Source: a virus | Taxonomy: Duplodnaviria; Caudoviricetes | IMG/VR virus record: IMGVR_UViG_3300024493_000235 | Coordinates: 1 to 64,000 of that record | Length of the DNA stretch: 64,000 bases | Direction: 5' to 3' (one strand) | Part shown: piece after piece, positions 61,554-64,000 of the stretch | Position numbering within the stretch: position 1 is the first letter of the stretch | Layout of the letters: each line of letters starts with the position of its first letter | The notes under the pieces: model-generated | What the model saw: the letters and a program-made list of their open reading frames with translations, nothing else | Told to the model about the DNA's origin: nothing | Database searches by the model: none | Position numbers and translations under genes: made by a program

Positions 61554-61744
61554 GGGAGGGCAGAACGCCCTCCCTAAACCATCTTGATGTATCCATGCCT
61601 GGTTAATTGAGACGGTTTTCTCTCACCTCTTGTAGCGCAAGGGGATCTTTGTGAACCGGACACCTAATATGAAGACAACGGAGGTAGGAATCTGGTTCTA
61701 AATTTCTTCTCAGAGATCGTGGCGACGGTCTCTATTGTAATGTT
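61554..61744. ncRNA. Candidate structured non-coding RNA / regulatory leader
   Basis: ORF-free, GC-richer segment with several stems; flanked by a hairpin (61554-61575) and a minus-strand AACA-TTACAA-TA (61733-61744). Confidence 0.4.
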
Positions 61745-61760
61745 TTAAAGGAGCTAAAAA

Positions 61761-62369
61761 ATGGGGTTTAAAAGAGGCGACAAATTCGAAATACGAAATC
61801 TTTCGATGAAAACAAAGATTTCTGTCAAAGCTTGTATAGTCCGTACAAGCGATAACCATTGTGTCAGGATGACAACAAAGACAATCGATCAGATTCCTTT
61901 TGAATTGAAGTTTCGTGATGTTATAATTGATAACACAAACGGCGTTGGCAATAACTTCTTGGGATTCTTTCTTATAAAAGATTTTATAAAAGATACTTTC
62001 GAAAGCAACGAAAAGCACAATCGTAAAATCTCTAACATCAAGCAGATTGTAACCTTTAATGAAGAAAACGTTGGTATTGAGGACGATAAAGAATTTCTTG
62101 ATATCGTTCTTCAAACTGTCGCATTCCCACTAAAAGATGCCACATTGTGTATACAAGGAGATGATTTCACAAACTTAGAATTTATAGTTTGCGATATAGA
62201 TAAATGCAAACAAAAGATGGCGGCAGGAACCAAAGAAGGACACATAACCGTTCCTGAAATTTCTCGCACATTTGTGTTTGCATATTTGACAATTACAAAT
62301 ATCAAGATAGTGTCTCACGAATTTAATCTCGATATCGACAATTATCATACAAACATGAAGGAGGAATAA
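61761..62369 (+). CDS. Hypothetical protein
   Basis: AAGGAG RBS; 202 aa. Confidence 0.65.
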   Translation: MGFKRGDKFEIRNLSMKTKISVKACIVRTSDNHCVRMTTKTIDQIPFELKFRDVIIDNTNGVGNNFLGFFLIKDFIKDTFESNEKHNRKISNIKQIVTFNEENVGIEDDKEFLDIVLQTVAFPLKDATLCIQGDDFTNLEFIVCDIDKCKQKMAAGTKEGHITVPEISRTFVFAYLTITNIKIVSHEFNLDIDNYHTNMKEE

Positions 62370-62370
62370 C

Positions 62371-62958
62371 GTGTTTGAACAGAAAGGGCGTGTGCTTATT
62401 ATTGGCGCACAGTTAACTCTCGAGATGACTTTGCATATTTGCCTTGACAAACGTGCTGAAAAAGAGGTCGTCAAAGACAGTGATTCGGATTTTGCTGAAC
62501 CAAAATACTTTCCAAGCATAAGGAAAATAAATGTGCCGAAACTTGAATTCACAATTTTCCTTCCTCATATGCTGGAAATCCACCTTGATCGGCATGTAAA
62601 AGATTGCGCCATAGATTTCAGGTGTCCATTGGACGGCAGCTTTGAGCCTATGTTTAACAAAACAAAATTTTCTGTCATAATGAAAGTCAAAGGCGATTGC
62701 TTTGATAATCACACAATTACATCATACGATCTTTTTGAGGTTCCATTGGAAGATGCGCGTATTGCCGTAACCGAATTAATAAAGTCCGCCGAAGCTGTTA
62801 TAACCGGTGAAGATATCAAGAACCTTGACATTTCGTTGAATACATCAAACATGCAGACAAGTTATTATGTCGATGCTTCTGAAGGGACGACCCCTTGTAG
62901 GGGCATGCATGTTTCGATATCCGACATCGCAATTAAAGAAACCGTGTATCATTACTAG
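62371..62958 (+). CDS. Hypothetical protein
   Basis: GTG start after AGGAGG; terminator 62966-63005. Confidence 0.65.
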   Translation: MFEQKGRVLIIGAQLTLEMTLHICLDKRAEKEVVKDSDSDFAEPKYFPSIRKINVPKLEFTIFLPHMLEIHLDRHVKDCAIDFRCPLDGSFEPMFNKTKFSVIMKVKGDCFDNHTITSYDLFEVPLEDARIAVTELIKSAEAVITGEDIKNLDISLNTSNMQTSYYVDASEGTTPCRGMHVSISDIAIKETVYHY

Positions 62959-63136
62959 CGCAAAAAAATAACTCTATAGGAATTTCTTTCTTGTAGAGTT
63001 ATTTTTTGTTTTTAAAGGAACAATACTTTTTTCACGTATATATTATACAATTAAGATATATAGAGAATAGACTATTAGAGCCTTGAATCGTTGATTCGTG
63101 CTTATAGCAATATCCTATATTATCTTGAGGTACGGT

Positions 63137-63604
63137 ATGAAGCTATGGGTATTTTGGGGCGATATCCCAAAATCGTTTGAACGGGAAGATGGGCACAGTA
63201 TTTGGGAGTACCCTGAACTTAAAGAGTATGAGCCTGAGAAAGGCAAACGGCCAGACCATCCTGATAACATCATTGAGCGCGTGAAAGACATGGGCAAAAA
63301 GATAATAAGGCTCAATGTCGAAAACGGATTTCAAAACGCTTATCTTACAACGTATTCAGAACTTGTCTTAGCACAAATACGGTTTCTATCTCTTAATGCG
63401 TATGTGCAGCCAAAAGAAGCAGGAGACCAAGAGTTTCCATACTATGATCAAATTGTTTTTATCATTCCGGATAAAGACGGTATTGATTATAATGTGTGCG
63501 CCATGACAGAGTTCTGCACGCTTGAAGGCTGGCCGGATAAATCTGCCACAAAGGTTGTTGGTATCGAACAGGATATCGCAACCTTGCAAAAAGAACTAGC
63601 ATAA
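63137..63604 (+). CDS. Stand-alone ABC/AAA-ATPase C-terminal (DUF3696-like) fragment
   Basis: EYPE...HP, LTTYSELVLAQIR, TLEGWPD resemble E.PE.HLHP / .ETHS..I...R / G.L..WP; no Walker A. Confidence 0.4.
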   Translation: MKLWVFWGDIPKSFEREDGHSIWEYPELKEYEPEKGKRPDHPDNIIERVKDMGKKIIRLNVENGFQNAYLTTYSELVLAQIRFLSLNAYVQPKEAGDQEFPYYDQIVFIIPDKDGIDYNVCAMTEFCTLEGWPDKSATKVVGIEQDIATLQKELA

Positions 63605-63707
63605 CGTATATTAAGGGGCTCAAAAAGCCTCTTAATTTTATTTATTTTTTTAACAGTCAAAATTAAATATACTTATATATAATAGCTATAGCTAGGAGGC
63701 GTAGAAG

Positions 63708-64000
63708 ATGGTTATAACTGACATTATTTTTGAGCAGAGGGATGAATATTTTAATACCGACCCCGAAGGACTTGAAGAGCGTAAAAATAACGCTGCCGAA
63801 ACATTTATCGATGAGTACCTTGGTGTACTAAACGATATTGTCTATGGAATGTACAATGAAATAATCACGCAGGTTAAAAATTATATGCACAGAATGTCGA
63901 TATACGGATATAAACCGAGTCGATTTCGTAACATGTATTTTTCAAACAAAAGCAAGGATCCGAAGTTAGCAAACGATGACACCGTAAATAACACCGTCAT
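63708..64000 (+). CDS. Partial ORF running off the window, probable third member of the 60156 family
   Basis: AGGAGG RBS; early-type motif 63674-63683; AAETFIDEYLGVLNDIVYGMYNEI resembles AKNFIKWFKCTLEEVA / AVRFIEWFKETLHNLA. Confidence 0.55.
   Translation, partial: MVITDIIFEQRDEYFNTDPEGLEERKNNAAETFIDEYLGVLNDIVYGMYNEIITQVKNYMHRMSIYGYKPSRFRNMYFSNKSKDPKLANDDTVNNTV

Larger units (their letters stand above)
13149..63683. promoter_or_regulatory. Dispersed early-type promoter motif TATAYATMAT
   Basis: -13149, -14837, -15312, +22046, +25232, +25914, +26579, +29870, +31094, -37114, +42478, +46736, +53610, +60129, +63674 (variants +15331, +63037). Confidence 0.7.

Noticed and set aside
61653-61741. 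Group II intron domain V/VI remnant (GAACCG..GGTTC followed by a GGCGAC-loop stem)
   Set aside because: No AGC/CGC triad, 18-nt loop instead of GNRA, no upstream domains or interrupted gene; kept only as a generic structured RNA candidate
1-64000. tRNA genes, introns or inteins in the RNAP, gyrase and polymerase genes
   Set aside because: No cloverleaf recognised in intergenic gaps; core genes are uninterrupted and no intein termini or LAGLIDADG motifs were seen by eye

Overview
AT-rich, gene-dense 64-kb fragment of a jumbo bacteriophage of the phiKZ/AR9(PBS1)-like, RNA-polymerase-encoding type. The core genes are two separate RNA polymerase beta-prime fragments (37216-39204, and 48582-50171 with catalytic ADHDGD), a probable AR9 gp226-like sigma-type specificity subunit (53670-55235), a split family-B DNA polymerase with an adjacent SSB-like gene, an SF2 helicase, and GyrB/GyrA separated by accessory genes. 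Probable virion/receptor-binding genes include Ig-like plus C-type-lectin-like fibres, a nine-domain C1q/TNF-like fibre and a very acidic collar-domain protein. Two recurrent intergenic motifs read as a two-class phage promoter code: AACA(T)-N5/6-TA (AR9 late-type) and TATAYATMAT (early-type). Many intrinsic terminators are present. Accessory highlights are an Arc-RHH/BrnT-like/pseudo-BrnT cluster, a structured non-coding segment at about 61550-61745, a stand-alone ABC-ATPase C-terminal (DUF3696-like) fragment, and several tandem paralogue families. No tRNA, rRNA, CRISPR array, transposase or reverse transcriptase was recognised. All family assignments come from motifs recognised by eye; no searches were run.
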